From IMG/VR virus record IMGVR_UViG_2703718775_000013: 64,000 nt of DNA, one strand, 5' to 3'. The notes under the pieces are model-generated. The model saw nothing but the letters and a program-made list of their open reading frames with translations, ran no database searches and was not told the origin of the DNA. A program made the position numbers and the translations under genes. This stretch comes from a virus (Duplodnaviria > Heunggongvirae > Uroviricota > Caudoviricetes). Shown here in pieces: positions 17,478 through 26,922 of the stretch (positions within the stretch are counted from its first letter, which is position 1; each line of letters starts with the position of its first letter).

Positions 17478-19067
17478 ATGTCTCAATATTCAATTCAACA
17501 GTCATTAGGTAATGCATCCGGCGTCGCGGTTAGCCCGATCAATGCCGATGCGACGTTATCTACCGGTGTTGCATTAAATAGCAGCTTGTGGGCTGGTATT
17601 GGCGTATTTGCGCGTGGCAAGCCGTTTACTGTTCTTGCGGTTACTGAGTCCAATTACAAAGATGTTCTCGGCGAACCGCTGAAGCCGTCTTCCGGCTCAC
17701 AGTTCGAACCAATTCGCCATGTATACGAAGCTATTCAGCAAACGTCAGGTTATGTTGTTCGTGCTGTTCCGGATGATGCGAAGTTCCCGATTATTATGTT
17801 CGATGAATCAGGCGAACCGGCTTACAGTGCGTTGCCATACGGTTCTGAAATTGAACTTGATAGTGGCGAAGCCTTTGCTATCTACGTTGATGATGGTGAT
17901 CCGTGTATTTCACCTACCCGTGAGTTAACCATCGAAACGGCAACAGCGGACAGCGCGGGTAATGAACGCTTCCTCTTAAAACTGACCCAGACGACTTCGC
18001 TCGGCGTGGTAACGACCCTGGAGACACACACTGTGTCTTTGGCGGAAGAAGCGAAAGATGACATGGGCCGCTTGTGTTATCTGCCTACGGCTCTGGAAGC
18101 CCGTTCTAAATATCTGCGCGCGGTTGTTAATGAAGAGCTGATTTCGACGGCGAAAGTAACAAATAAAAAATCGCTGGCGTTCACTGGTGGTACCAACGGT
18201 GATCAGTCGAAAATCTCAACCGCTGCGTACCTGCGTGCGGTTAAGGTGCTGAACAATGCGCCGTACATGTACACCGCTGTTCTCGGCCTGGGTTGCTATG
18301 ACAATGCGGCGATCACCGCGTTAGGTAATATCTGTTCTGATCGCCTGATTGATGGCTTCTTTGATGTCAAACCGACATTGACGTATACGGAAGCGCTCTC
18401 TGCTGTTGAAGATACCGGTTTACTTGGTACCGATTATGTAAGCTGTGCTGTCTATCACTACCCGTTCTCCTGCAAAGACAAATGGACCCAATCCCGTGTG
18501 GTCTTTGGTCTGTCTGGCGTGGCGTATGCGGCGAAAGCTCGTGGCGTCAAGAAAAACTCTGATGTCGGCGGTTGGCATTACTCACCGGCTGGTGAAGAAC
18601 GTGCCGTCATTGCTCGTGCGTCAATTCAACCGCTGTATCCGGAAGATACCCCGGACGAAGAAGCAATGGTCAAGGGCCGTCTCAATAAAGTATCTGTTGG
18701 CACCTCTGGCCAGATGATCATCGACGATGCTTTAACTTGCTGCACGCAGGATAACTATCTGCACTTCCAGCACGTCCCATCCCTGATGAATGCAATCAGC
18801 CGTTTCTTTGTCCAGTTAGCCCGACAGATGAAGCATAGCCCGGACGGTATTACTGCGGCTGGCCTGACTAAAGGGATGACCAAACTTTTAGATCGCTTTG
18901 TCGCCTCCGGCGCTCTGGTGGCTCCTCGTGATCCTGATGCTGACGGTACAGAACCGTATGTGCTGAAAGTTACGCAGGCGGAATTCGATAAATGGGAAGT
19001 AGTCTGGGCCTGCTGCCCGACTGGCGTAGCCCGTCGTATCCAGGGCGTACCGCTGCTTATTAAGTAA
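17478..19067 (+). CDS. tail sheath protein candidate (P1 gp22-like, about 57 kDa)
   Basis: 529-aa ORF in late structural operon; size and synteny argument only. Confidence 0.45.
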   Translation: MSQYSIQQSLGNASGVAVSPINADATLSTGVALNSSLWAGIGVFARGKPFTVLAVTESNYKDVLGEPLKPSSGSQFEPIRHVYEAIQQTSGYVVRAVPDDAKFPIIMFDESGEPAYSALPYGSEIELDSGEAFAIYVDDGDPCISPTRELTIETATADSAGNERFLLKLTQTTSLGVVTTLETHTVSLAEEAKDDMGRLCYLPTALEARSKYLRAVVNEELISTAKVTNKKSLAFTGGTNGDQSKISTAAYLRAVKVLNNAPYMYTAVLGLGCYDNAAITALGNICSDRLIDGFFDVKPTLTYTEALSAVEDTGLLGTDYVSCAVYHYPFSCKDKWTQSRVVFGLSGVAYAAKARGVKKNSDVGGWHYSPAGEERAVIARASIQPLYPEDTPDEEAMVKGRLNKVSVGTSGQMIIDDALTCCTQDNYLHFQHVPSLMNAISRFFVQLARQMKHSPDGITAAGLTKGMTKLLDRFVASGALVAPRDPDADGTEPYVLKVTQAEFDKWEVVWACCPTGVARRIQGVPLLIK

Positions 19068-19076
19068 GGGAATACA

Positions 19077-19892
19077 ATGAGCAAAAACTTTTTTCAATCC
19101 GGGGCATTTTTGGGGAATGGACTGTCTCGTTTCGCTTTGAACTCTGATCCTGTGCAGCTGATGGAGTCTGCCCGAGCAAGCGCCGAACAGCCAACAGATC
19201 CGGTTATTAATAATAATCCGGAACCGGCGGCACAGACTAACGATAACGTTCCATCTGCCCCGGCTCCTGAGCAAATCCTGGAAGGGAAAGACGGTAAAGA
19301 ATGGACCGTCGAACAGGCGCACCAGATGATTCTGGAAGCTGCAAATAGAAGTGCTATGCAGAATGCGTTGAGTGATGCGGCCGACGCCGTTTTCGCCTGG
19401 GCTGATAGCGGTGATCTGACTTTCGACTCCCTTGATGGTTTCGTTCAGGCTATCGCTGGTATCTCTGATGACGACGACTCCGAAGTTACAGAAGAACAGG
19501 ACGATGCCTATAACGAAGCATGGGCAAATGTTGCTGACTTCCTCGCAGCATGCGGTGTAGATGATGACCTGATCGAAGCACTGGCTGACGATGAAGACGA
19601 CGACGCAGCTGCTGATGTTGGTGCCTCTATCGCTGGTTTAGATAGCGACGACCGTGACGAACTGGAAGCGGCGTTTGTTGTTGCTGGCACTTCTGATGAA
19701 ATGCTGACTGAAGCATTTAAGAAGGTTGTTCGTAACGGTGAGATCAAACTCATCCGTAAACGCCTGCGTAAAAAACGTCTGACTGCGGCTCAAAAATCGG
19801 CGCTGAAAAAAGCGCGTCGAAAAGCCCAGACGGGTGCGGCAAAACTTGCCCGCAAAAAGTCAATGAAACTGCGCCGTAAGCGCCTTGGCTAA
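19077..19892 (+). CDS. bipartite protein: highly acidic N-terminal/central region and strongly basic Lys/Arg-rich C-terminal tail
   Basis: 271 aa; DDDDSEVTEEQDD... and ADDEDDDAAAD acidic runs, C-terminus KKRLTAAQKSALKKARRKAQTGAAKLARKKSMKLRRKRLG. Confidence 0.6.
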   Translation: MSKNFFQSGAFLGNGLSRFALNSDPVQLMESARASAEQPTDPVINNNPEPAAQTNDNVPSAPAPEQILEGKDGKEWTVEQAHQMILEAANRSAMQNALSDAADAVFAWADSGDLTFDSLDGFVQAIAGISDDDDSEVTEEQDDAYNEAWANVADFLAACGVDDDLIEALADDEDDDAAADVGASIAGLDSDDRDELEAAFVVAGTSDEMLTEAFKKVVRNGEIKLIRKRLRKKRLTAAQKSALKKARRKAQTGAAKLARKKSMKLRRKRLG

Positions 19893-19927
19893 AGGAGGAG
19901 GCCGGAGAACTCCGGCCTTTAACTTGA

Positions 19928-20509
19928 ATGGCACCTATACCTTATGGGGTTTACAGCCAGGCTGACGGTGTATCGCCATTTCTGAAAGTTACTTTAACGA
20001 ACTCTCAGTACCAGGTTACCGGATATATCAGCCAGGGGGCAGCAATGAACATGGCCCAGAATTGGGAAGCGCCGTTTACCGGTATGTCCATGGGGTCTGT
20101 TGCTGGTGCCTTCAGTGGTTTTGCGCAGGTTGGTACTGAAACAACGTCGGTGGCCCGTTGGAACAGCTTAATGGTTTGGGAGGGGGGAACACCGCCAACT
20201 TTCACGCTGCCAGTAACTTTCATCGCTTTGTTTGATCCATTCACGGAGGTTTCAGGAGCTATCGCCGCATTGTCAGCGATGATTAGCCCGGAACTTAAAG
20301 ATGCCAGTATTGGTGGTCGAATCCCGGAGCGTGTGACGCTAAACATTGGTCGCCAGATCAACATCATTGATGTCGCTATCCAGGACATAAGTTTCGATCT
20401 CGATGCGCCCAGGGACAGCAATGGGCATTTCCTGAAAAACACCGTCAACCTCCAGTTGACCGGTTCTTCGATATATAACAGCTCCGATATTGTTCGGGCG
20501 TTCCAGTAA
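19928..20509 (+). CDS. tail tube protein candidate (P1 gp21-like, about 21 kDa)
   Basis: 193-aa ORF following sheath candidate; size and synteny only. Confidence 0.4.
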   Translation: MAPIPYGVYSQADGVSPFLKVTLTNSQYQVTGYISQGAAMNMAQNWEAPFTGMSMGSVAGAFSGFAQVGTETTSVARWNSLMVWEGGTPPTFTLPVTFIALFDPFTEVSGAIAALSAMISPELKDASIGGRIPERVTLNIGRQINIIDVAIQDISFDLDAPRDSNGHFLKNTVNLQLTGSSIYNSSDIVRAFQ

Positions 20510-20520
20510 AAGGATTTTAT

Positions 20521-21030
20521 ATGGGGCACAATAACACTAACGGAAACCGTAAATTTATTAAGGGCCGCTATACTGCCAACGCGGCCAAAGGCGAACGACT
20601 GGTATCTTCTGAATTCCAGCTCACTGTTGCAGGCCATGAAGATATCAGCGTACTGGTTCGCACGTCGCAAATTCCTGAAATGACCCGCGAGGATGTGGAG
20701 GACTATGGTCCGAATGGTGTGAAGTTCAACCAGCACGGTCCAATTCGAAACTCTGGGGAAATCCAGGTCCAGTGCGTGGAGACTATCGAAGGCGATATTC
20801 TTCAGTTCATTAAAGATCGCATTGCGGCGAAGGACTATGTTGATATCACGATGGCTGCTACCCCTGAATCCAAATCTTCCGGGGTTAACGCTGTGACAAA
20901 AGCTGCTACAACAATTGAAATGTTGGACTGCAAAATCTACAGTGATGCAATCGACTTTAGTACCGAAGATGTGACTGCCGCTGTGCGCCCGTCACTTCGT
21001 ATCGTCTACAACTGGATTGAGTGGGATTAA
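20521..21030 (+). CDS. hypothetical virion-associated protein
   Basis: 169-aa ORF, last gene before terminator at 21050. Confidence 0.5.
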   Translation: MGHNNTNGNRKFIKGRYTANAAKGERLVSSEFQLTVAGHEDISVLVRTSQIPEMTREDVEDYGPNGVKFNQHGPIRNSGEIQVQCVETIEGDILQFIKDRIAAKDYVDITMAATPESKSSGVNAVTKAATTIEMLDCKIYSDAIDFSTEDVTAAVRPSLRIVYNWIEWD

Positions 21031-21049
21031 TAGTAATCCCTTGTATTTT

Positions 21050-21073
21050 AAAGCTCCTTCGGGAGCTTTTTTT
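21050..21073 (+). terminator. rho-independent terminator
   Basis: AAGCTCCTTCGGGAGCTT hairpin followed by TTTTTTT. Confidence 0.75.
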
Positions 21074-21114
21074 GTGCTTAAATTATGCTGGTATAGCGAA
21101 ATTTTGAGCATATT

Positions 21115-21411
21115 ATGGAAATTGATTTTTCATACTCTCCTGAAACGATAGAACGAAGCTTCGAAATAATTGGATGCAAAACTATTTCAGAGGAGCATTA
21201 TTGGATTCTCTATGATGCCAATACATGGTTATGTGCCTTAGCAGAATGTCGGTCATCGTTATGTGCAGGGGAGGGAGGACTTCGACATAAGGTGCTGGCT
21301 ACACTTGAAGTGAACACGTTACGATATTGGTGTGTCGAAATACTTAGGAATAACAAAGAATTACATTTATTATTGCTGAATAAATGTGCACCTCTGCGCA
21401 GAAAAGCATAA
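21115..21411 (+). CDS. small Cys-rich hypothetical protein
   Basis: 98-aa ORF in AT-rich DNA, followed by hairpin plus T-run at 21539-21579. Confidence 0.4.
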   Translation: MEIDFSYSPETIERSFEIIGCKTISEEHYWILYDANTWLCALAECRSSLCAGEGGLRHKVLATLEVNTLRYWCVEILRNNKELHLLLLNKCAPLRRKA

Positions 21412-21577
21412 GAAAACCCAACAGCCATACTGGAATTATCAGAAGAATATGTGCGGAAAGTTATAGCTAGCTATTGAAAAGCTAAAGTAGATCGGTTAGA
21501 TTTGCCTTACTCATCTACCATGTGTAGAAAGAGCGATCGAACCCGATACATAGCAATATGTGTCGGGTTCAGCTTTT

Positions 21578-22042
21578 TTATGTCCCAAGCGCTCTTTTTC
21601 TGCTTTGTTTGAGTGTTCTGATTTTACTGTTATAGGTTACAACATAGGCTGTTTTAAGAAGCCAATAGTCTCTACGTGCGGATAGCACAACAACGTAGTT
21701 TTCACACTCGTTCCAGATTACCCATTCTTCAGTTGGTCCTCGTCTTTCAGACCAACATGATATATCGGAATGGTTATAATTCCTTATCATATGCGCGATC
21801 CAGCGGATCCGCTTACACCGTTCAAGATCAGGTATTCGTTCTTCTTCTATTTTTCCCTCTGATACTAAATGCCAAAATCCGAACTCTTTCCCATCATATT
21901 CCGGTGAATAACGTAATCGAACAGGGAGACCCTTAAACGTTATATTAGAGATTAAAATATCTTCTCTAACAACATCATATACATCGTCTATATACTCTTG
22001 CCAACTTCCATTGAAGTACAATAAATCTGGCATTTGAAGCAT
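21578..22042 (-). CDS. hypothetical protein, translationally coupled partner of upstream DUF3800-like gene
   Basis: ATG at 22042 overlaps upstream stop (TGATG); ORF track alternative start 22057; AT-rich codon usage. Confidence 0.55.
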   Translation of the reverse strand: MLQMPDLLYFNGSWQEYIDDVYDVVREDILISNITFKGLPVRLRYSPEYDGKEFGFWHLVSEGKIEEERIPDLERCKRIRWIAHMIRNYNHSDISCWSERRGPTEEWVIWNECENYVVVLSARRDYWLLKTAYVVTYNSKIRTLKQSRKRALGT

Positions 22043-22746
22043 CAGCGAGCCTCCCACACGAAAATATTAAATTTACTTTCTGTTGGAAGAGTGCTTTTTA
22101 GTAACTCCCTGTTTGTATGTGATTTTATCCTGTTTATGACTTGGATTTTTCCCGCGTTGCTATTCATTCCTCGATGAACGTAGCCTAACGCACCAATGAA
22201 AAGATCCGTTAGCTGCAATTGTTGCACTTCATGAGATCGTATATGTTGAATTCTGTTTATCGACTCATGATTGTAATCATAGCGATCATTGTGAAGAACT
22301 CCTCTTAATTTCTCAATTTTTTCAATACCTAAAGTATCTTTTATATCTAGGTAGATATTGTATGTGTTGTTACTTTCTATTATGTTTTTTAAGACATAAA
22401 AAAACATCTTATAATAGAAAGTATTATGATCTTGATGGAATCGAGCATGGTCCAGTTGCTCTTTATCAGGAACAACAACACCTCTAAAGCGCAATGCTGG
22501 GTTGCTGAAGAAGTAATCTACGACCTCTAAGTAAAATTCAACTTTGGACGCAGATACTTTAGTCCACTTGATTTCGAAATCAGGTTTTAAATTGTGTTTT
22601 AATTTTAATCCCTTGATGTCTCTAGCAATTTTTTTTGTGATAGTGCCAGGACACCAAAGCGCACCCAATACCATGACTTTATTATGATCATTTAGTAGGT
22701 GACAGGATTCATCGCAGAATACATTAAATGTTCTTCGGTTCAACAT
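22042..22746 (-). CDS. DUF3800-like hypothetical protein
   Basis: 234 aa; N-terminal FNVFCDESCHLL and C-terminal QLQLTDLFIGALGYV resemble my recollection of DUF3800 family conserved blocks; GGAG SD 6 nt before ATG; low GC. Confidence 0.55.
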   Translation of the reverse strand: MLNRRTFNVFCDESCHLLNDHNKVMVLGALWCPGTITKKIARDIKGLKLKHNLKPDFEIKWTKVSASKVEFYLEVVDYFFSNPALRFRGVVVPDKEQLDHARFHQDHNTFYYKMFFYVLKNIIESNNTYNIYLDIKDTLGIEKIEKLRGVLHNDRYDYNHESINRIQHIRSHEVQQLQLTDLFIGALGYVHRGMNSNAGKIQVINRIKSHTNRELLKSTLPTESKFNIFVWEAR

Positions 22747-22894
22747 GTTAACTCCACTTATTGTTAGGTAGAATTGTCCGTTAGTTGTTTATTAATTGCA
22801 ATAATTGGACGTTCTGATTTGCTAACTACGTCATCTTACCAGGACGCCTATGAGTTTTCCTCATGGCAAACTAGAGGTGTTGAAAGTATGCATG

Positions 22895-22910
22895 GTTATA
22901 ATTAGAGCAA
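22895..22910. promoter_or_regulatory. C1 operator-like site (core ATTAGAGCAAT)
   Basis: Core 11/11 match, flank diverged; lies between repL stop and the AT-rich cassette, overlapping a candidate -10 (TAATTAT) on the minus strand. Confidence 0.45.
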
Positions 22911-22914
22911 TCTA

Positions 22915-23760
22915 TCACCCTCTGAATCCTACCGGTATACCCCATTGTTCGTTATCTTTATTTTTGGCTAATACCGCATTAAGAGCTTCGTTTACCGTCA
23001 TGCAATGCGGTAGATTATCGAAGTTTGATATCCAGCCAATATCAGGAGAACGCTTGTTCTTCAGGTAAGCATATTTCCGCGCTGCCGCCTCTACTTTCTG
23101 CTTGAACTCATGTTTTTGAGCGCGTTTTTTGGATAACCGCAGATTGTCAGCCTTTGCTTTTGCTTCAGCGATCCATGAAGTCAGTTTTTTGAGGCTGGTC
23201 GTTCCGGCACCGTCGGAAACTGATCTTTTTGTTTTTTTAACTTGTGACTTCTTATTCTTTATTGCCACGTCATCCTGACAGGGGGAGGGGGTATCATTTT
23301 GACATGGGGGTGTGGATAAAAAATTAAATAAAGCCAATGTCTTAGCGAGAACAGTTTTAACCTTGGTTGCGGCTGAAGAGATCTTTAATTTGCTTTCAAT
23401 CAGCGCATTTTTGGCTTGTTGTGCGAAGGCCAAAAAGGATGGTGTAAACCGGTACAGGTTAGCGCGACGTTCACGGTGATCGCCGATAACAATCTCTACA
23501 GACAGAATTCCTTTGTTTACAGCTTCACGGAATGCACGAACGACGGTTGATTGGCTATAACCAGTTTCTGCCGCGATCAGGCGGTGAGGCTTGTGAATGA
23601 AGTATTCACTGGTTGTTGCCGCGAGATTTGCACATTGCGACAGGATATGCCCGGCGCTACGGGATAGACCGGAGTGTGTTACAAAGCAGGCCAATTCATA
23701 GCCAGAAAAAGTAAAATCGCTCATCGTTATACAGCTCAGGAAAGTGACTTTAGCCAGCAT
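22915..23760 (-). CDS. repL: lytic replication protein RepL
   Basis: 281-aa ORF immediately downstream of kilA on same strand; size and position match recalled P1 kilA-repL operon. Confidence 0.75.
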   Translation of the reverse strand: MLAKVTFLSCITMSDFTFSGYELACFVTHSGLSRSAGHILSQCANLAATTSEYFIHKPHRLIAAETGYSQSTVVRAFREAVNKGILSVEIVIGDHRERRANLYRFTPSFLAFAQQAKNALIESKLKISSAATKVKTVLAKTLALFNFLSTPPCQNDTPSPCQDDVAIKNKKSQVKKTKRSVSDGAGTTSLKKLTSWIAEAKAKADNLRLSKKRAQKHEFKQKVEAAARKYAYLKNKRSPDIGWISNFDNLPHCMTVNEALNAVLAKNKDNEQWGIPVGFRG

Positions 23761-23789
23761 TACAATGCTGGTGGTTCTTACTACGTCTG

Positions 23790-24590
23790 TTAGCGCGTAG
23801 CCGCGACAGGTACCAGCACACCAGCATCAAGCAATCGCTTCATCAGCCACTGCTGACCTTTGCCGGTTATACGAGTCGTGAAAGAAATCCTGCTTCCATT
23901 GCTTGTATCGATCACGGTTTCTTTAAGGGTGAAATACCCACGGGATATGTATTCTTGTTTGGGGACGTTCCTGCGTTCACCGGTTGCGATCAGAATTCCG
24001 TTATCACGCAACCAGGTGAAGAGATAGTTTTGGCCCAGGCCGAGCACTTTGGCATAGTTGCCGATTAGAACCCCGCTGGCGGTAGCAACGCGTTCGGCGA
24101 ATTCGACTTTAGGTGCATCCATCAGCATTTTTTGCTCCAGCCGTTGCTTTTGCTCTGCCAGGTCGGCAGCCAAACGGAGAGCTTCTGGGAGACTCTGCGG
24201 AATAGCAGGTTGTAATCTTCCAGCTCGATAGTCGATAAATGTCTGGTTTACCTTCAGCCGAAACGCAGGAGAAATCCAACCAGCGTACTCCACTGCGAGC
24301 AATTCATGGGCAAAAGTGCCGCCGCCACGGCCTTCGAACGAAACTATGCAATTCTGCATAGTTTCTTTTTCAAGCTCTTCGATGAGCTGTTTAGCTGACA
24401 GCGTTCTTAGCCATTGAGCTGGCGCTTTATGGGCACCGAGTCCGCTCGCTCTGTGTAGAGCATTAAGGTTGTAACGGCCAGCGCGGTCGGTCGTAATTTC
24501 AACACCACAAATAACGGGCAGAGTGGTTGAAGGATCGACATTTTGATGAAGGTTTGATATATTCATATCCGCATTGAATGTTTGTTGCAT
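23790..24590 (-). CDS. kilA: KilA (KilA-N domain plus C-terminal ANT/KilAC domain)
   Basis: 266 aa; C-terminal half (LPEALRLAADLAEQKQRLEQ...NYAKVLGLGQN...GKGQQWL) is paralogous to C-terminus of the adjacent Ant protein; C1 operator upstream. Confidence 0.8.
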   Translation of the reverse strand: MQQTFNADMNISNLHQNVDPSTTLPVICGVEITTDRAGRYNLNALHRASGLGAHKAPAQWLRTLSAKQLIEELEKETMQNCIVSFEGRGGGTFAHELLAVEYAGWISPAFRLKVNQTFIDYRAGRLQPAIPQSLPEALRLAADLAEQKQRLEQKMLMDAPKVEFAERVATASGVLIGNYAKVLGLGQNYLFTWLRDNGILIATGERRNVPKQEYISRGYFTLKETVIDTSNGSRISFTTRITGKGQQWLMKRLLDAGVLVPVAATR

Positions 24591-24659
24591 TTTTTCTCCA
24601 AATTTGCATCAACCTTCAATCACCAGCTCGAAATGGTGATTCTTTGCACTTAGAAAACG

Positions 24660-24676
24660 AAATTTATTAGAGCAAA
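24660..24676. promoter_or_regulatory. C1 operator-like site upstream of kilA-repL (16/17 match)
   Basis: AAATTTATTAGAGCAAA about 70 bp upstream of kilA start. Confidence 0.65.
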
Positions 24677-24754
24677 TTTTTCTGACTCGATCCAGATCGG
24701 GTTGGACGATCTGCTCAGAAACCTGCCAGTTTGCTGGCAGGTTTTTTTCTTTTG

Positions 24755-25801
24755 TTAACCTATTGCTACTGGTTTTAACAAACCAGCATCAAGTAGCTTG
24801 CGAGTTAACCACTGCTGGCCTTTACCCGTTAATTGGGGCGTCAGCCGTATCTGGTAGCCATTTTCATCATCCAGCACCACTTCTTTCACCGTGAAATACC
24901 CGGCGTTAATGTACTGCTGGCGCGGTACGTTTTTGCGCGCACCAAAAGCCATGAGAATGCCGTTCTGGCGCAACCATGAGAAAAGGGCGTTTTGCTTAAG
25001 TCCAACGACCTTTGCAAAGTTCCCGATCAGGATTCCATTAGCCGCTGATACCCGGTCGGCAAAATCGACTTTAGGGGCTGCGGCCACCAGCTGTTGTTCC
25101 AACTGCATTTTCTGTTCTGCCAACTCGGCAGCCAGGCGTAGAGCTTCTGGTAATGTTTGGGGGATCGATGGGGTAGGGGAGTTTGCCTGCTGCAATTCTT
25201 CCAGTTTGTCGATCAGCGAACGGCGGACCGCTTTCGATTCGCGAGCAGCAACGCGCAGGGCTTGTTTGTATGTCATTACTATAACTACCTGATCCGCTCC
25301 ACCTTTTTTCTTATCCATAGGGGTTACGAAGATTTCGTAACCCTCCCCATCAAGCTCATCCTTAACTCTGGCAATGAAATCATTGTTGCGAACTGGTTTT
25401 TCGCTACATAATTTCCGTGCCTCATTGACCATCTTTAACAGTGTCAGGCTGTCGATTGTGTCTCCGGTGTTGGGGATAATATTCACGGCTGGTGCTGGCG
25501 TAGCTGACGTAACAGGTGCTGGTTTTTCAACATTCAAATTATTACCGGTCATTCTATGTGCCTCCTTTCTCATTTCTGCTGCCACTGTTGCGTAACGTAG
25601 ACGTCCTTGTTCAATCAAATAATCCCTGATCTCGGCTATCAGTAGCCTGTTGATCACAGCCTTATCTGTTCGGGTATAAAAACGCCTGGTTATCATGAAA
25701 TAGTTAGCAATTGCGCCGGGGATCTCCCGTGTCGGCATACAGGCAGTATGCAGGGCGATCGCTTCGGCTATGTCATTACGGGTGACGAGAGGTTTTTTCA
25801 T
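24755..25801 (-). CDS. ant: antirepressor Ant (ANT/KilAC C-terminal domain)
   Basis: 348 aa; C-terminal domain shared with KilA; start overlaps icd stop (ATGA). Confidence 0.75.
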   Translation of the reverse strand: MKKPLVTRNDIAEAIALHTACMPTREIPGAIANYFMITRRFYTRTDKAVINRLLIAEIRDYLIEQGRLRYATVAAEMRKEAHRMTGNNLNVEKPAPVTSATPAPAVNIIPNTGDTIDSLTLLKMVNEARKLCSEKPVRNNDFIARVKDELDGEGYEIFVTPMDKKKGGADQVVIVMTYKQALRVAARESKAVRRSLIDKLEELQQANSPTPSIPQTLPEALRLAAELAEQKMQLEQQLVAAAPKVDFADRVSAANGILIGNFAKVVGLKQNALFSWLRQNGILMAFGARKNVPRQQYINAGYFTVKEVVLDDENGYQIRLTPQLTGKGQQWLTRKLLDAGLLKPVAIG

Positions 25802-26019
25802 AAACCCCCCTGAACGTCGGCAGAGAAGGGGAGGCTCCAGTAACTAAGTGAATTGCGCGAGTTAGTTGAAAAACGGGCAGTAAAAATGCAGGGGCCATCA
25901 GGCAATTGAGAGCGTGCTTCGTCTTCTGTTGCAGCGATAACGAAGTGATAGTGGTGTTTTTTACAGGAATAGAAACGCCAGATGAATTCTTGGCGTGCGC
26001 AAGGATTGGCATTAACCAT
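25798..26019 (-). CDS. icd: Icd-like small protein, translationally coupled to ant
   Basis: 73-aa ORF ending in ATGA overlap with ant start; matches recalled P1 immI layout c4-icd-ant. Confidence 0.55.
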   Translation of the reverse strand: MVNANPCARQEFIWRFYSCKKHHYHFVIAATEDEARSQLPDGPCIFTARFSTNSRNSLSYWSLPFSADVQGGL

Positions 26020-26039
26020 AGTTACGGCCTCGTAAGTTG

Positions 26040-26300
26040 ATAAACAACCTGCGACCCGCTGCTAAACAGGTGGCAGGACGTGACGGGGTTAGCAGACTGG
26101 CACTTACGAAACCAGCAGGCCGAAGCCTCCCCATCACGCCCCACCATAATTCGGGCGTAACGTGGTTTACGGACACAAAAATACCGCAATATCGGAAATC
26201 TGCGGTTGTCCGCGTAAGTATTCAGGCTGCTAAACCCGGTCGCAGAATTTGCTACGACGGCGGAACTATAAGCCTGAACGATTAAAAGGTCAATATGATG
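26040..26300 (-). ncRNA. c4-like antisense RNA region of immI (boundaries approximate)
   Basis: Leader between the operator and icd contains CTGCTAAAC twice (26059, 26226) and the complementary GTTAGCAG (26089) on the same transcript, the kind of antisense/target pairs described for P1 c4. Confidence 0.3.
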
Positions 26301-26331
26301 CGAAAAGATAGCATTCGCGACTTAAAAATAC

Positions 26332-26348
26332 AAATTTATTAGAGCATT
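26332..26348. promoter_or_regulatory. C1 operator-like site at immI promoter (16/17 match)
   Basis: AAATTTATTAGAGCATT at the upstream end of the minus-strand immI leader. Confidence 0.65.
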
Positions 26349-26444
26349 GCTTGTTTAATAAATGCACAATTGGATCTAATAACCTCTTTTTTTTAAAGGC
26401 GAAAATATGTACCCTAAATGAGTTATAAGGCAGGTGAGGTTATA

Positions 26445-26576
26445 ATGAGAAAACTATTACTACCGTTATTATTTATGGCCGGGACTGTTAATGCAGCATC
26501 AAGCGTGAAGGAGATTTGTACCGATTATACGAAATACCTTGGGCACGTTTACGCCTTTGCGATCAATGACTATTAA
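26445..26576 (+). CDS. small secreted peptide precursor (43 aa, signal peptide, about 23-aa mature product)
   Basis: ATG at 26445 with GGTGAGG SD; MRKLLLPLLFMAGTVNA-ASSVKEICTDYTKYLGHVYAFAINDY; not in ORF track (below 60 aa). Confidence 0.45.
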   Translation: MRKLLLPLLFMAGTVNAASSVKEICTDYTKYLGHVYAFAINDY

Positions 26577-26597
26577 TCCATGCGTAGGAGTGGATTT

Positions 26598-26915
26598 ATG
26601 CTGATTCGTTTGTTTTTAGTGCTTTCCTTTTTAACATTTAATGTTTTTGCTGATGAAGTTGACTTTTCGAAGGTAGATTGCAATTCAGTGGAAACAAGAA
26701 AAGCTCTTATTGAAGAATATAACGAAATATTATCGTTATATGGAATAACAGTGGTTGATTCTTATAATCAAAAAACTATTCAGAAAGGAATAAATAAACT
26801 GGTTTGTTATGGGATTTACCAATATTCAGATGGCTCTTCGGAGTATGTTATTTATAAAGCATACCCAAATAGTCTTGGTGAATTGATTAGTGAGTTTAAA
26901 CCGATTAATGAGTGA
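26598..26915 (+). CDS. secreted hypothetical protein (signal peptide, two Cys)
   Basis: ATG at 26598 with AGGAG SD; MLIRLFLVLSFLTFNVFA-DEV...; GC about 30 percent. Confidence 0.6.
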   Translation: MLIRLFLVLSFLTFNVFADEVDFSKVDCNSVETRKALIEEYNEILSLYGITVVDSYNQKTIQKGINKLVCYGIYQYSDGSSEYVIYKAYPNSLGELISEFKPINE

Positions 26916-26922
26916 ATGGAAA

